This document shows positions 13,157-25,430 of a DNA stretch of 64,000 nucleotides, piece by piece; within the stretch, counting starts at the first letter, position 1; each line of letters begins with the position of its first letter. The notes under the pieces were generated by a model. It was not told the DNA's origin. It worked only from the letters and a program-made list of their open reading frames with translations, and did no database searches. Both the position numbers and the translations under genes were made by a program. Source of the stretch: Felis catus (lineage: Eukaryota); the NCBI RefSeq assembly GCF_018350175.1, contig NC_058368.1, forward strand, positions 201,192,001-201,256,000, in the 5' to 3' direction.

Positions 13157-13907
13157 TTTTTGTTATTGTCGTTGTTGTTGAGTTTTTATTTCATAATCAT
13201 AAGCTTACTCTGCAATCCAGCTAGACTTGGAGGGTGTAAGGAAATATAGAACACACCGAACTGCAGCAAGAACACAAAAATTATAGGATATTTTGAGCAG
13301 ATGGGGGGGAAGGGGTGCTGTCCTGAGCTACAGAAGGAATGGTCTGGTAATTAAGATAAACATTGCTAAATTTATTAGATTTGTTCACAGTCAGCAATGG
13401 TGATCTTGCTGGTCTTGTCATTCTTGGCCCCAAAGTGCTCCATGGCTTCCACAATATTCCTGCCCTCTTTCACCCTGTCAAAGACCACATGCTTGCCATC
13501 CAACCACTCAGTCTTGGCAGTGCAGATGAAAAAGTGGGAACCGTTTGTGTTGGGTCCAGCATTTGCCATAGACAAGATGCCAGGACCCATGTGCTTCAGG
13601 ATGAAATTCCTCTTATCCAATTTCTCCCCACAGATTGACTTGCCACCGGTGCCATTGTGGCATGTGAAGTCACCATCCTGGCACAGAAATCCCCAAATAA
13701 TCCTATGAAAGCAAGAACCTTTATAACCAAATCCTTTCCCACCAGTGCTCAGAGCATGAAAATTTTCTGCTGTCTTTGGAAATTTGTCTGCAAACACCTT
13801 GAAGGAGATGCAGCCCAAGGGTCCGCCATCCATGGTAATGTCAAAGAACATAGTGCGGTTGACCGTGGCTCAGCAGCGCGGGTCGCTCCAGGTAGTGGCG
13901 TCTGCAA
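13157..13907 (-). pseudogene. PPIA: Processed retrocopy of peptidyl-prolyl isomerase A (cyclophilin A); ORF 13375-13851 open for 158 codons
   Basis: Intronless translation matches cyclophilin A ([46 protein letters not shown]). PPIA-like 5'UTR (ttgcagacgcca), 3'UTR with AATAAA at 13185-13190 and A-rich tail remnant. Original ATG now reads ACG (13864-13866). Confidence 0.95.
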
Positions 13908-14230
13908 CTCTTTTGACCTTTTCTCCTCCACTAGGCACTTCAGATAAGACAAACTTCATGTGATAAATATGTGCTCTGAGATACATGTGTAAATATAATT
14001 TTTGTCAATGTCAGTATATTTTTCTCATTTCTCATTTTTCTCATTGTTATTTCAGATTGATCTATACTACAGGGGTTCATGAACTGGAATTTTTTATTTC
14101 TCAGCAGCCAATCACTCTAACAAGGAGGTAAAAACTAACTTTAAATAAATAAATACACAAGGAGGTATTATAATTAAATATGCCCTAGGAAAATGTAGCA
14201 ATCTTTTGTGATATAAAGAAAACCCTCTTC

Positions 14231-14401
14231 GGGTGCCTGGGTGGCTCAGTTGGTAAAGCGCCTGACTTTGACTCAGGTCATGATCTCATGGTTTATGAGC
14301 TCAAGCCCCGTGTGGGGCTAAGTGCTGATAGCTCATTGCCTGGAGCCTGCTTCAGATTCTGTGTCTCCCTCTCTCTCTCTGCCTCTCCCACTCTCATGAG
14401 A

Positions 14402-14444
<43 letters not shown>

Positions 14445-14652
14445 AATAAATAAACATAAAGGGGCACCTGGGTGTCTCAGTCAGTTAAGAGTCTGACTTT
14501 GGCTCAGGTCATGATCTCTCGGTCTGTGGGTTCAAGCCCTTGTCAGGCTCTGTGCTGATAACCCAGAGCCTGCTTTGGGTTCTATGTCTCCCTCTCTCTC
14601 TGGCCCTCCCCCACTTGTGCTCTGTCTCTCAAAAAAAAATAAATGTTAAAAG

Positions 14653-14683
<31 letters not shown>

Positions 14684-14731
14684 ACAAATAAACATTAAAG
14701 AATTGAAAAAGAAATTAAAAAGAAAAGAAAG
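14231..14731 (+). mobile_element. Two CanSINEs; the second (~14461-14680) inserted in the A-rich tail of the first
   Basis: Heads at 14231 and 14461; outer TSD aaagaaaaccct at 14215-14226 and 14732-14743; (CT)n and (TAAA)n tracts. Confidence 0.92.
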
Positions 14732-15880
14732 AAAGAAAACCCTTTCATATTTATCTGGGTTTTTAACATATCACAGCGAATCTTCTGAAAACCTATAGGT
14801 GAGCCACTAGGGCCTCAAAGATCATCTTTAAAGATACTCTACAATCTATATTATTCTCAACAAACAAAGGCTATCTATTTAACTTTTGTTATATTATTCA
14901 CAACTATTGAGGTATATGTTAGAAATTCAATGGTAATGAACATCCACAGAAATTCAGCCATTAATATTTTCAAGAAGGCTAATTAGTGTGTGGCCAGAAG
15001 CACACACAACAGAATGACTGAGGTTTTTGATTGGAAGAATATTATAACAGTATGGGCTTATAAATGCTGCCAGGAGATTTGCTAAATACTATAAACACGA
15101 ACATTGATGAGATCACTTACCTCGTGAAGTTGAGGGAGAGGACAGACATATGAACAAATAAATCTAGCAATGAGATGAATGGTGTAAGAAGATGAACAGT
15201 GTTTCCAAATCATAGCATTTAGCTTTAACAGGATATCTGGCAATATTCCCTGAACTAATAATGATATCTGAGTTGAGAAATAAAGGATAAGACTTTTTCA
15301 GACAAACAAGCAGCAAAAGGCATATGAGGTAAAAGGGTCAGCATTAACAAGGAATTCCCTTTTGAGAATTCCAAGTATTTTATAATTCCAAGAGACTAGA
15401 TCACAAAGGACCAAAGGAGGCTTTTCGATCCTGTAGGTAATAGGGTACTTTTGAAAACCTTTACACAAAAGTGTTATGCCATACCTGCATTAGTCAAGGT
15501 TCTCCAGATAAACAGAACCAATAGCATGTGCAAATATATAGGAAAAGATTATTATAAGGAATTGGCTATGTGTTTGTGGAGACTGGCAAATCCAAAATTT
15601 GCAGGGTGGGCCAGCAGGCTGGAGACTCAGGAGAACCAATATCCTAGTTCAAGTCTAAAGGCCATCAGCTGTAGAACCAGAAAGGGCTAATGTTGCAGAT
15701 AAAATCCGAAGGCAGTGTGCTAAAGAAGTCTTTCTTACTCCAGAGACGTCTGCTTTTGTTCTCTTCAGGTCTTCAATTGATTGGATGAGGCCCAGCCACT
15801 TCTTGGAAGGCAATGCACTTTACTCAAAGTCCACCATAGTCCACCTTTAAATGTAAATCTCATTCAAAAACAACATCACA

Positions 15881-15991
15881 GATGAGCACTGGGTGTTGTA
15901 TGTAAGTGATAAATCATTAATCCTATAAACTCCACACCAGAAATATTACACTGCCTGTTAACTAACTGGAATTTAAATAAAAATTTGGAGA
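15881..15991 (+). mobile_element. 5'-truncated L1 3'-terminal fragment
   Basis: gatgagcactgggtgttgtatgtaagt...tgttaactaactggaatttaaataaaa matches the 3' end of the L1 at ~10935-11035. Confidence 0.85.
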
Positions 15992-15992
15992 A

Positions 15993-16232
15993 AGGTGCTT
16001 GGGTGACTCAGTTGGTTAAACATCTGCTTCTTGATATCAGCTCAGGTCATGGTCTCGTGGTCATAGGATCAAGCCCTGCGTCAGGCCTGCGTTAGGCCTC
16101 TCATTGGGCTCCACGCTCAGTGTGGATCCTGCTTAAGGTTCTCTCTGTCACTCTGCCCTTCTCCCCTACTCACACTCTCTCTCTCTTTCTAAAATAAATA
16201 AGTAAACATTTAAAATAAATAAAATAAATAAA
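15993..16232 (+). mobile_element. CanSINE inserted in the L1 fragment tail
   Basis: ggtgcttgggtgactcagttggttaa head; aatttggaga repeated on both sides. Confidence 0.9.
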
Positions 16233-16847
16233 TAATTTGGAGATTAAAAAACAAAAAAGGGCATGAAAAACAGAACAAAACAAAACACCAATACAGAAAC
16301 ATCCAGAATAATGTTTGATCAAGTATCTGGGTAATCCATGGCCCAGCTAAGTTCACACGAAGAATTAACCCTTAGAGTACCATATCTCAAATCAAGACGG
16401 AAGGAGTTATACCATGTGAAGTAGACCACCCAGCACCTTTAATACATTAGTGCACAGCTGAAGTTTAAAATATGTTTCTCTTTTTTTGGAACAAACTAGA
16501 TGTTGACCATCTAAACCTAACATGGAATGGTTGGTCTTACTTGGTGAAAAGAGAAAGGTGGGCCTCTTTTTACCACATCAGTAACCCATTTTTCCTACCA
16601 TGCTTATGACTTCATGGAATTACAATTTGAAAATGTGTATGAATTAAATATTCACTAGTTTTATAAGGAGTGACTATAACTACCTAATAATGTAGAGGCA
16701 GAAATCCTTTAGTGTTCAGAACATTTATGGAGTATTTAGAGCCAATATTATATTTTAATGAAAGGTATTTAGTAACTCTGATGAACTCGAATAAATAAAA
16801 AAATAAATAGTACTTTTTAGATTTTGTATTTAAGAATTTTGATTGGA

Positions 16848-17064
16848 GGGGCACCTGGGTGGCTCAGTCAGTTGAGCGTCTGACTTCTGTGCAGGTCATG
16901 ATCTCACAGTTTGTGAGTTCAAACCCCGCGTTGGGCTCTGTGCTGACAGCTCAGAGCCTGGAGCCTGCTTCAGATTCTTTGTCTCCCCCTCTCTCTGCTC
17001 CTTCCCCACTTGTGCTCTGTCTCTCTCTCTCAAAACTAAATGAAAATTTTAAAAATTAAAAAAA
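16848..17064 (+). mobile_element. CanSINE
   Basis: Consensus head and body; 16-bp TSD aagaattttgattgga. Confidence 0.94.
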
Positions 17065-17114
17065 AAGAATTTTGATTGGAATTTATTTCTATTAAGATAT
17101 TTTCAGGTGTTTTA

Positions 17115-17230
17115 GGGGCACCTGGCTGGCTCAGTCAGTGGAGCATGTGACTCCTGATCTCGGGGTTGTGGGTTCAAGTCCCACAATGGGTGCAGAGATT
17201 ACTTAAAAATAAAAAAAAAATCTTTTAAAA
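17115..17230 (+). mobile_element. Short-form CanSINE
   Basis: ggggcacctggctggctcagtcagtggagcatg...gattacttaaaaataaaa; ~20-bp TSD aagatattttcag(g/t)tgtttta. Confidence 0.9.
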
Positions 17231-17444
17231 AAGATATTTTCAGTTGTTTTAAAAGATCAGATATTTTATCTCAGAAAAATGATCCCATTTATTTTTTAGT
17301 CTAAAAGATACTCTGATATAGAGTGAGACCCATCTGGATTTTTCCCTAACACTGACAGTTAATCCACATTTAGAATTAATTATGTACCATATACTGACAT
17401 AAGACCTTCAAATATTTGAACTCTCCAAATCCTCATAGCAATTC

Positions 17445-17612
17445 TTTTTTTAAAAGTTTTTATTAAAATTTCAATTAGCTAACATACAATGTAATATTAG
17501 TTTCAGGTGTACAATATAGTGATTTAACACTTCCATACATCATCTGGTGCTCATCACAAGTCCATTCCTTAATCCCCATTACCTATTTAACCCATCCCAC
17601 ACCGCCTCCTCT
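17445..17612 (-). mobile_element. 5'-truncated L1 3'-end fragment adjoining a MIR relic (~17620-17790)
   Basis: Reverse complement of the L1 3'UTR end; atagcaattct repeated on both flanks; MIR core-like ttttatagatgataaaattagagacgttaagtg follows. Confidence 0.8.
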
Positions 17613-18273
17613 CAAACCTTATAGCAATTCTAAATGTTAGGCACTATTGTGGTCCCTGTTTTATAGATGATAAAATTAGAGACGTTAAGTGTCTTTCCCA
17701 ACGTCAAACAGTAGGGGGTGGACCCAAGATTTGAACCAGGCAGATTAGTTCCATATTCCATCTCTTACCTACAGCATTACACTATCTTCCATTTTTACTG
17801 ATCAGAACATATAAAAAAAATTAAAACAACAAAACATGTAAGTAATATGTGGGCTTTTGGTTTGATTTGTTTGGGTTTGATCTGGAGGGAGAGGATGGGT
17901 GAGGACTGCAAACAGTATTATATCTGTAGTGAATAATCAGCTTAAACCCAAACTGGGGGTCAGATCAATATTCAGCATTGTCTGGCAAATTGGGACCAAC
18001 TAAAAAAAAAATGATGGAATTCACTTGGCAGTCAAGATCTAAAAGACCTGAGACCTCCCCACAGGTCTAGACCAGTGACCTGTAAAAACCAGTGTGGCAC
18101 AGAAGAAGGTACACATGGTCTCAGACTGGACAGATTACCCAGCCAGGGTGATCAGAGTAGACAGTCAGCAAGTCAATCAAGCTACAGAATAAACCAACTA
18201 TATTGCAGTTCAGATCTTTGATTCCAGGGCATTTGGGATGATTTTCTGGTCACAGATACTGATTGTAATTTAA

Positions 18274-18327
18274 AAACTAAACTAAACTAAACTAAACTAA
18301 ACTAAACTAAACTAAACTAAACCAAAC
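18274..18327. repeat. (ACTAA)n pentanucleotide repeat
   Basis: Direct reading. Confidence 0.95.
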
Positions 18328-19329
18328 TCTTTGATAAATTGAGCTCTTAACTGGGGAAGATACAAATAAGGTCTAGTCAATCACCTCACAATGATTTTAG
18401 CACATCTAGGTATTTTTTAGTTTGGCAGAAAGAAACAAAGATCACAGACAGTTGAAGTTGAATTATCCATTGGTGAGTGTAATTCCTGCTTTCTGGGCCC
18501 TCGAAGCTGCCCTGGTTCCTTTCCTTTAAGATACTGATTTGTTTAAACTCTGCTTTTTGTTTCGGCAGCCTCACAAAATCTCTTTTTAGTTCTGGTTATC
18601 AAGAGTCAATTTTGTTATTTGCTACCAAAAGCCAACAACCAGTGCAATTTATTCCCTATTTAGCTAAGAGACTTATCTCTCATTCTCTACCAAAATCTTA
18701 CCACCATTTGCTACCCAAAGTAAGTCTTTCTTTGACTTCCATTGATCTTTTTCAGTTTGGAACCCACCTGGGAATAAATCTGATATGACAGCACTTTGTA
18801 AATACAGATGTACATGCTAATATTATTCTGTAATGTATACTTATTCAGTATTTTAGTACTCTATACCCAATTATACTCCCACCCACCCAACTCTATCATA
18901 TAGCATGGTGCCAGGTGTAATGGTAAACATTCAACATATACATATTGAACTAAATCATCACTATCAAATTCAAATTATAATTGTGTATAATTTATTCTAT
19001 ATAAATATTCTCATCATAACAAGAATATTATTTTGTAGTACACTGCAAATATCTTTAGCAAAGGACTAGATGTTTGTCTTTTGGCCAGGTAAGTACACTT
19101 TCAAACTAGATATCACGTTGTAGTATTAAATTCAAACTTACCCTAAAATGCATAGATTTTCTTCAGAGCTTAATTCTCCTACACAAAAATTTTGACCACT
19201 GGCTACCTTTCACATTTTCCAGTCAGATCTCTGCCACCGAATACTGAGATACAGTAACTCTTTAGTTATTTTAAGACTGTTTGTCTTGCCACCCAGCCTA
19301 AGATCAGCAAATAAAGAGTTCCAAACAGA

Positions 19330-19510
19330 AGCCACAACCTCAAGGTAATACAATCTCGGGCAAGTTAGTTATTTTCTTTACATTCCAGTTTCCTCGATTG
19401 TAAGGTGAAAATGGATAATTATTCTAATCTGCAGTGTCGTATTAAGGACTAAATGGGATAAAGTTACTAAAGTGTTTATTACATATGGTGCTGCGAACAT
19501 CAATAAATTT
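19330..19510 (+). mobile_element. MIR relic
   Basis: gggcaagttagtt...cagtttcctcgattgtaa...ataa...attaaggactaaatgggataa MIR-like core. Confidence 0.6.
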
Positions 19511-20353
19511 GAGAGTCAGATTGAGGCAAAACAAACTCAGGGTTTTTACTTATAGAAAAGCCTTTCAGACTTTGCTCAAAAAATTTTTTTACTCATTGCT
19601 TGCACATAGTTTTTACAAACGTGGTTATCCATCTCCACCCTACAACAGAGTAAGAGTAGCAAATGAAAACACTGGTAGGCAGAAGGCCAAGGAACTGTTA
19701 AGCGGCTGACACACACTGATCATCTGTATTTATCTGTTATTGTTGGCTGCGTCAGAAGCCAGTAAACTGAAGGCAGGGTACATTTCAAGTTACCTTGCTG
19801 ACATTGAGGAAGCACATATAAAAAACTAGTTCAGAAGAAATACCCACAAATCCAAAGAACAGATATCACACAAAGATAGCCCTGGACATTCATACAGACT
19901 GATGGGCCTCAGAACATTGATACACAATAGAAGTGTGTTGAGTATAGCATCAAAAGTGGTGGGTCCCAGCTTAGATTCAAATCATAGGTCTACCCCTTAT
20001 AAGCTGTGTTGGTTACCTATTGTCTCTGTAACCTCAGTGGCACAGCTATAAAAGGAGATAATAATAATTTTGCAAGGTCGTTTTGAAGACCAAATTTTTT
20101 ATGTATATGTATATATATCTTTATAAATTTGTGCAGTACATCTTGTACAAAGAGGCAAGGAGGTAGATTACACAATTTAGAATGATTTGTCATTTAAACA
20201 TTTTTTTTCATTTAAAAATTGTCTTTATTTTAAGTTCTGCATTTATATAAAAGCCTCAATTAGTTGGAAAAGTTATTTAGGTAGAATTCCTCATTCTTTA
20301 ACAATGACAGATGAATAAAGCACTACTACCGTGAATTAAAAATGCATACATCA

Positions 20354-20559
20354 TTTTTAAAAGTTTATTTATTTTGAAAGAGAAACAGAGAGAGTCAGCA
20401 GGGGAGGGGCAGAGACAGAGGGAGAGAGAGAATCCCAAGCAGGCTCTGTGCTGTCAGTGCAGAACCTGATTTGGGGCTCGAACCCACGAACCATGAGATC
20501 ATGACCTAAGCAGACACCAAGAGTTGGATGCTTAACCGACCAAGCCATCCAGGTGCCCT
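20354..20559 (-). mobile_element. CanSINE
   Basis: Reverse consensus; TSD tgc(a/g)tacatca(t/c)ttttaaa. Confidence 0.92.
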
Positions 20560-20599
20560 TGCGTACATCACTTTTAAATAGCATCATAAACATAATGTA

Positions 20600-21420
20600 A
20601 AGGCAATGAGAAAGTGGGAAAACATATTCACAACATATAGGAGAAGGGATTAGCAACCTTAATGTGTAAAGATCTCATAAAAATTAATGAGAAAAAGTTG
20701 GGCCAACGTCATTAACAAGTTGAAAAAGAACTACAACTGGACTATATATATTGATTTAAATGCTAAGTAAAAATGGTGAGATAATATTTGCACCTATGAC
20801 CTTGACAAAGATTTTTTAAGTTACTATAATGCCCAACATTGATTAAAATGTGGGGAAACAGGCATCTTTACACACTACAAGGAAGAATAGAAACTGGCAG
20901 TCAGCCTAGAAGTTGGCAATTTATATTAAAAGGCTTCAAGTGCTGTTTACTCTTTCATCCAGAAATACTAGTGAACATATGCAAGGAGTAATAGAAAAGA
21001 ATATTCATCTCTTTGAAAGATTGGAAAATCCTAAAGTCTTTGTTCAACTAATATGGAAATAGTTCAGTAAATCATAATTTATGGTTCATTCACATAAAGG
21101 AGTATGTGTTAACTTATACAATCCTATAAAGTACATGTGTTGTCATAACAACATAATCATAATATAAGGTTAAGGGAAAAGGTACAAACGACATACTGTA
21201 TATTGTGCATTGCAATAATAGTGTATACTTTTAAAAACTATACAGAAGTAAAAGTTTCAATGAAAATGACATAAACGTGATAATGATTGTTTAGAATGAT
21301 TATGGGCAATTCTCAGTTCCTCTTTTTGCTTTTTTAAAATTTTCTGCTTTTTAAATTTTACCTTTACTATGTATTGCTTTTGCAATAAGGTAATTGAAAA
21401 AATTGAAACAAATATGTATT
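20600..21420 (+). mobile_element. Ancient L1M 3' fragments
   Basis: Degenerate L1 ORF2 C-terminal/3'UTR-like phrases (gggaaaacatattcacaacatat, gtggggaaacaggcatctttacacact, actatgtattgcttttgcaataa). Confidence 0.5.
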
Positions 21421-22324
21421 GATTTTTATAGAACTTGAATGTAAACAATACCATTTATTAGAAAATATATAAGGAATATCTTCAATAATCTTACACTTGC
21501 ATAAGATTTTGTTTGTAACACTCTTCCGTGCATTTTTGCCTTAAGACTCTGTGACATACCTATCATCATCCCAATTTTAAGGATGAAGAAACTGTTCCTT
21601 GAACAAAGGCATCCCACTGATAAACGACACGGCTCTGTCTTAAATGCAGTTCTTCTGAGTTGAAGGCCATGGCCCTTTCTATGGTACCAAGAGCTGCCTC
21701 CCACTTAATCCCTGCCTGGCAGTAAAAGAAGCCAACTGTGCATTAAAATATAGAATCTTTTGCACTTCTATTCCAGATGCCTGTAGGATCAAGCCAGCAT
21801 ATCATTATTTTTCATTTCATTGAGTATTTTTATGACAAATTCTGACTGCAAACTCCTTCCTGAATGGAGAGTTCAAATTAAAATGTCAGTTTTGATTCAG
21901 TGAAGATGCTTTACTTTCAAAATATTTAAGGAAAATATTTTCATTAAAACCAAGATGATTGGATGTCAGAGTATATAAATGTCATGATAAGTTCCAACAT
22001 TTAGTAAAAAGATTTCAAGCCCTATTGGACAAATCTAAGAATGTATATGCAGGACAACATTCCTATAATGCAGGAAAACACTCTCATTACAAATATACAT
22101 ATGGATATGTATATTCACATAAATATTTTAAATGTACACAAAAGTTCTAGATCCTTATACCATAATTTGCCAGTGTCTATGACAAACAATCCAATTTGTT
22201 GACAAGCAGTCTCCAACAATTATTAACAATGACAGCAGCCATTAGATTTCTGGATACTAATATAGCTCTCATTTATGAATTGCTTTGCATTTTGCTAAGC
22301 CTCAAGTCTTTCCATGTATATATG

Positions 22325-22342
22325 GGTTTTTTTAAATAAAGT

Positions 22343-22373
<31 letters not shown>

Positions 22374-22397
22374 GAGATAGAGCACACTCAAGCAGGG

Positions 22398-22434
<37 letters not shown>

Positions 22435-22810
22435 CCCAAGCAGGCTCCATGCTGTGAGCGAGGAGCCCAACACGGGGCTCAATCTCATGAACTACGAGAT
22501 CATGACCTGAGCCAAAATCAAGAGACAGACACTTAACCAGGGTGCCTGGGTGGCTCAATTGATTGAGTGCCCCACTCTTGGTTTCAGTTCAGGTCATGAT
22601 CTCAGGGTTTGTGGGTTCAAGCCCTGCATGGGTCTCTGGTCTCTGCACTGTGTGCCGAGTGTGGATCTGCTTGGTATTCTCTGCCTCTCTCTGTGCCCCT
22701 CTCCTACTCACTCACTTGTTCTCTCTCTTTCTCAAAAATAAGTAAATAAAATTACACACACACACACACACACACAAAAGAGACACTTAACCCACTAAGC
22801 CACCCATGTT
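22325..22810 (-). mobile_element. CanSINE (minus) split by an oppositely oriented CanSINE (~22540-22780, plus)
   Basis: Inner element bounded by TSD agacacttaacc at 22527-22538 and 22781-22792; the outer element resumes with cactaagccacccatg. Confidence 0.9.
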
Positions 22811-22906
22811 AACTCTTTTGTATATCAATGAAGACTTTTGAGATTCACTTTAGTCTAGGTTGACATTCTCCAGACAAATAAAACAAAAATTTTATATGGA
22901 TCTCTC

Positions 22907-22957
<51 letters not shown>

Positions 22958-24279
22958 AAATATTACAATTTATCATACCCAATCATCTTTCTCCCTAGTG
23001 ATCAAGTTCTTTACAAATAACCTATTACAGCCAGACCTCATACATAGCTTTAATTTTAATTTAATTCATCCATAGTACAGATCTCTTCAACCAAGGATCA
23101 CTACCAGTTTAAGAGAAGAGGCTTTTGCACTAATCCCATTTCACCTCTCCTTCTTTTTGTCCTCCAGAACCAAGAATCACCCCCGCCCAATCTCGTTCTC
23201 CCCCTTGGCCTTCACTCTTCTCTGAAATACCCAGAGACGATAAGAAGGAAAGAGTTTCTTTATTCCTTCCTGTTCTAAGAACTCCTGAGTCCTCTTCTCC
23301 GGCCATAGAAAGCTAAACCAGAATCAGAAGATGTAAGTTGATACTGCTGTCCTAGCCTGGCACTATTTTCTCTCCTCTCTTCTACCTTCCCTCTTAGCCT
23401 TTATATTTATTTTTCTGCCTCACACAAACATCACCAGCTCTCCTTGAGATTCCCCCAACATAACCTTTTGCTAGCAGAAATTAAAAAGTCTTCCAACGAC
23501 ACGCTCTGAACCATCACAATCTTTGTTGCTTGTTTTGTTTTCACTACTGAACCACTGAAAGACCCCTCTTCAGCCATACACATGCCTTAGCAAGGGTATT
23601 GTATATGTCTTGCTTATTGCACATGCACAATAATTCAAAAAACACAATTACAAAATACTTAAAAATAAGCAGTCTGCTGAATTTAGCCAGATTTGGTTCA
23701 ACGTTAATGAACCTACAAGAGTTAGGATTTGGGGAGAGGGGACATTTTTAAAAATTGGAAATTGCAACCAAAATAAGCAGATAAAATCCCTACTAACACA
23801 TAATGATGAAAAGTCTTCATAAGACTACATGACTTTTTTATTTAACTAGAGAGCCTTAACTAGCTACTCTAGGGTCCTCATATGCAAAACAGAAATAAAG
23901 GGATTCCCTTGAGTGGTGCCCATGTTGTTAAATGCTCTCCCCACCCCACTCCACCCCCAGCATGAAGCATGAAGCAGGTCTCCACCCTCCCAACTTGAAA
24001 GAGGATGTGCATCATTCCACAGACGTCTGTCTTCTAGCACCACCCCTCACATTTCCTCGATTTACCAGGTCTTCAGCTGTGTTCTAGGAAGACCATATCA
24101 TACACTATTAAGCTGGATATCTATGCTAAGCATATAAGACAATGACTGACAGAGGGAAAAAAATGTTTTTTCAATTACATACTCAATATATTTGTATTTC
24201 AAAAGGGGCAATACTTTTCTTCATTTAACAGTGAAAAAAGTTAGAAATTAATTTCAAAAAAATAAGGAAATGGCAAGCA

Positions 24280-24354
24280 ACCATGACCCTGGGATCATGA
24301 CCTGAGCAGAAATCAAAACGCAGATGTTCAACTGACTGAGCCACCCAGTCGCCC
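24280..24354 (-). mobile_element. CanSINE 5' fragment lacking body and tail
   Basis: gatcatgacctgagcagaaatc...actgactgagccacccagtcgccc only. Confidence 0.85.
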
Positions 24355-24386
24355 TTGCCTTTCCTATTTAAACTGTTACACATTTT

Positions 24387-24607
24387 TTTAAAAAAAATTT
24401 TTTTCAACGTTTATTTATTTTTGGGACAGAGAGAGACAGAGCATGAATGGGGGAGGGGCAGAGAGAGAGGGAGACACAGAATCTGAAACAGGCTCCAGGC
24501 CCTGAGCCATCAGCCCAGAGCCCGACGCGGGGCTCGACCTCATGGACCGCGAGATCGTGACCTGGCTGAAGTCAGACGCTTAACCGACTGCGCCACCCAG
24601 GCGCCCC
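24387..24607 (-). mobile_element. Young felid-type CanSINE (SINEC_Fc-like)
   Basis: CpG-rich near-consensus copy; TSD aa(c/g)tgtt(a/c)cacatttt. Confidence 0.94.
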
Positions 24608-24629
24608 AAAGTGTTCCACATTTTAAGCA

Positions 24630-25430
24630 ACTAGTAGATGAAAGAAAATGTCTCTTTGCAGGAACATTCCAGCAAGTAAATGAAGATAGAATATCATTAT
24701 TTTACAATTTATATTAAATAAATGGCTCTAGGCATTGATCATCAGTGGTTGCTAATACCTCAATAAGAAAGACACGTGGATATTATATGCTCCTAACAGA
24801 AGAACACATCACTACCTAGAAAATGGTCTTGCAAAAACAAAAACAAAAACTGGAACCTAAATCTTATCAAAGCTCTAGATCCAAATATCTAGAGATGATT
24901 AGAAAATATGTTGCATTACACCACGGAAATGCAATCAGTATAATGCAGGGGAAGGGAAACTGTAGGACAGTATATTTTCTTGAACAAAACTAAACCAAAA
25001 GAGAGAAATGGAGAGGCAACACATAGATTGAAGGAGACATATCAACCAATCATAATGCATGAACCTAGTCAAAACCCTGGTTCAAACAATCTGTAAAAAA
25101 TTGTACACAAACACACTTACATTTATGAAAGGGTTAAAAATCAGAACGCAACTGGGTATTTTGTGATTATTAAAAAAGTATTTTTTCAGTGTTATAACAG
25201 TATTATGGCACTTCTACAACCTTACTTAGAGATACACACTGAAATTACAGATGAAATTATAACATCCAAGATTTGCTTCAAAATAATACAGAAGGTGAGA
25301 AAGGCGGTAGCGGTACAAATGAAGTACAACTGGCCACAAGTTTCCGGTTGTTGAAATTGGGTAGTGGGTGTATGGGTGTCCACTGTACTGTTCTGCTTAC
25401 TTTGTGTATATCCTAAATTTTCCATAATAA
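24630..25430 (+). mobile_element. Ancient L1M 3'UTR
   Basis: Old L1 3'UTR-like phrases (ccttacttagagatacacactgaaattacagatgaaat; gggtgtccactgtactgttctgcttactttgtgtatat...aattttccataataa). Confidence 0.65.

Larger units (their letters stand above)
15487..16375 (-). mobile_element. ERVL solo LTR (MLT2-like), interrupted by an L1 3' fragment and a CanSINE
   Basis: tgcattagtcaaggttctccagataaacagaaccaatag at one end and tccagaataatgtttgatcaagtatctggg...catggcccagctaagttcacac at the other resemble MLT2 ends (recalled consensus). Confidence 0.75.

Noticed and set aside
13140..13930. Target-site duplication around the PPIA retrocopy
   Set aside because: Only weak similarity (aaaagttatagagagatt vs aaaaggtcaaaagagtt); cannot be called.
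13363..13952. Plus-strand and shifted ORFs overlapping the PPIA copy
   Set aside because: Antisense or alternate-frame shadows of the retrocopy.
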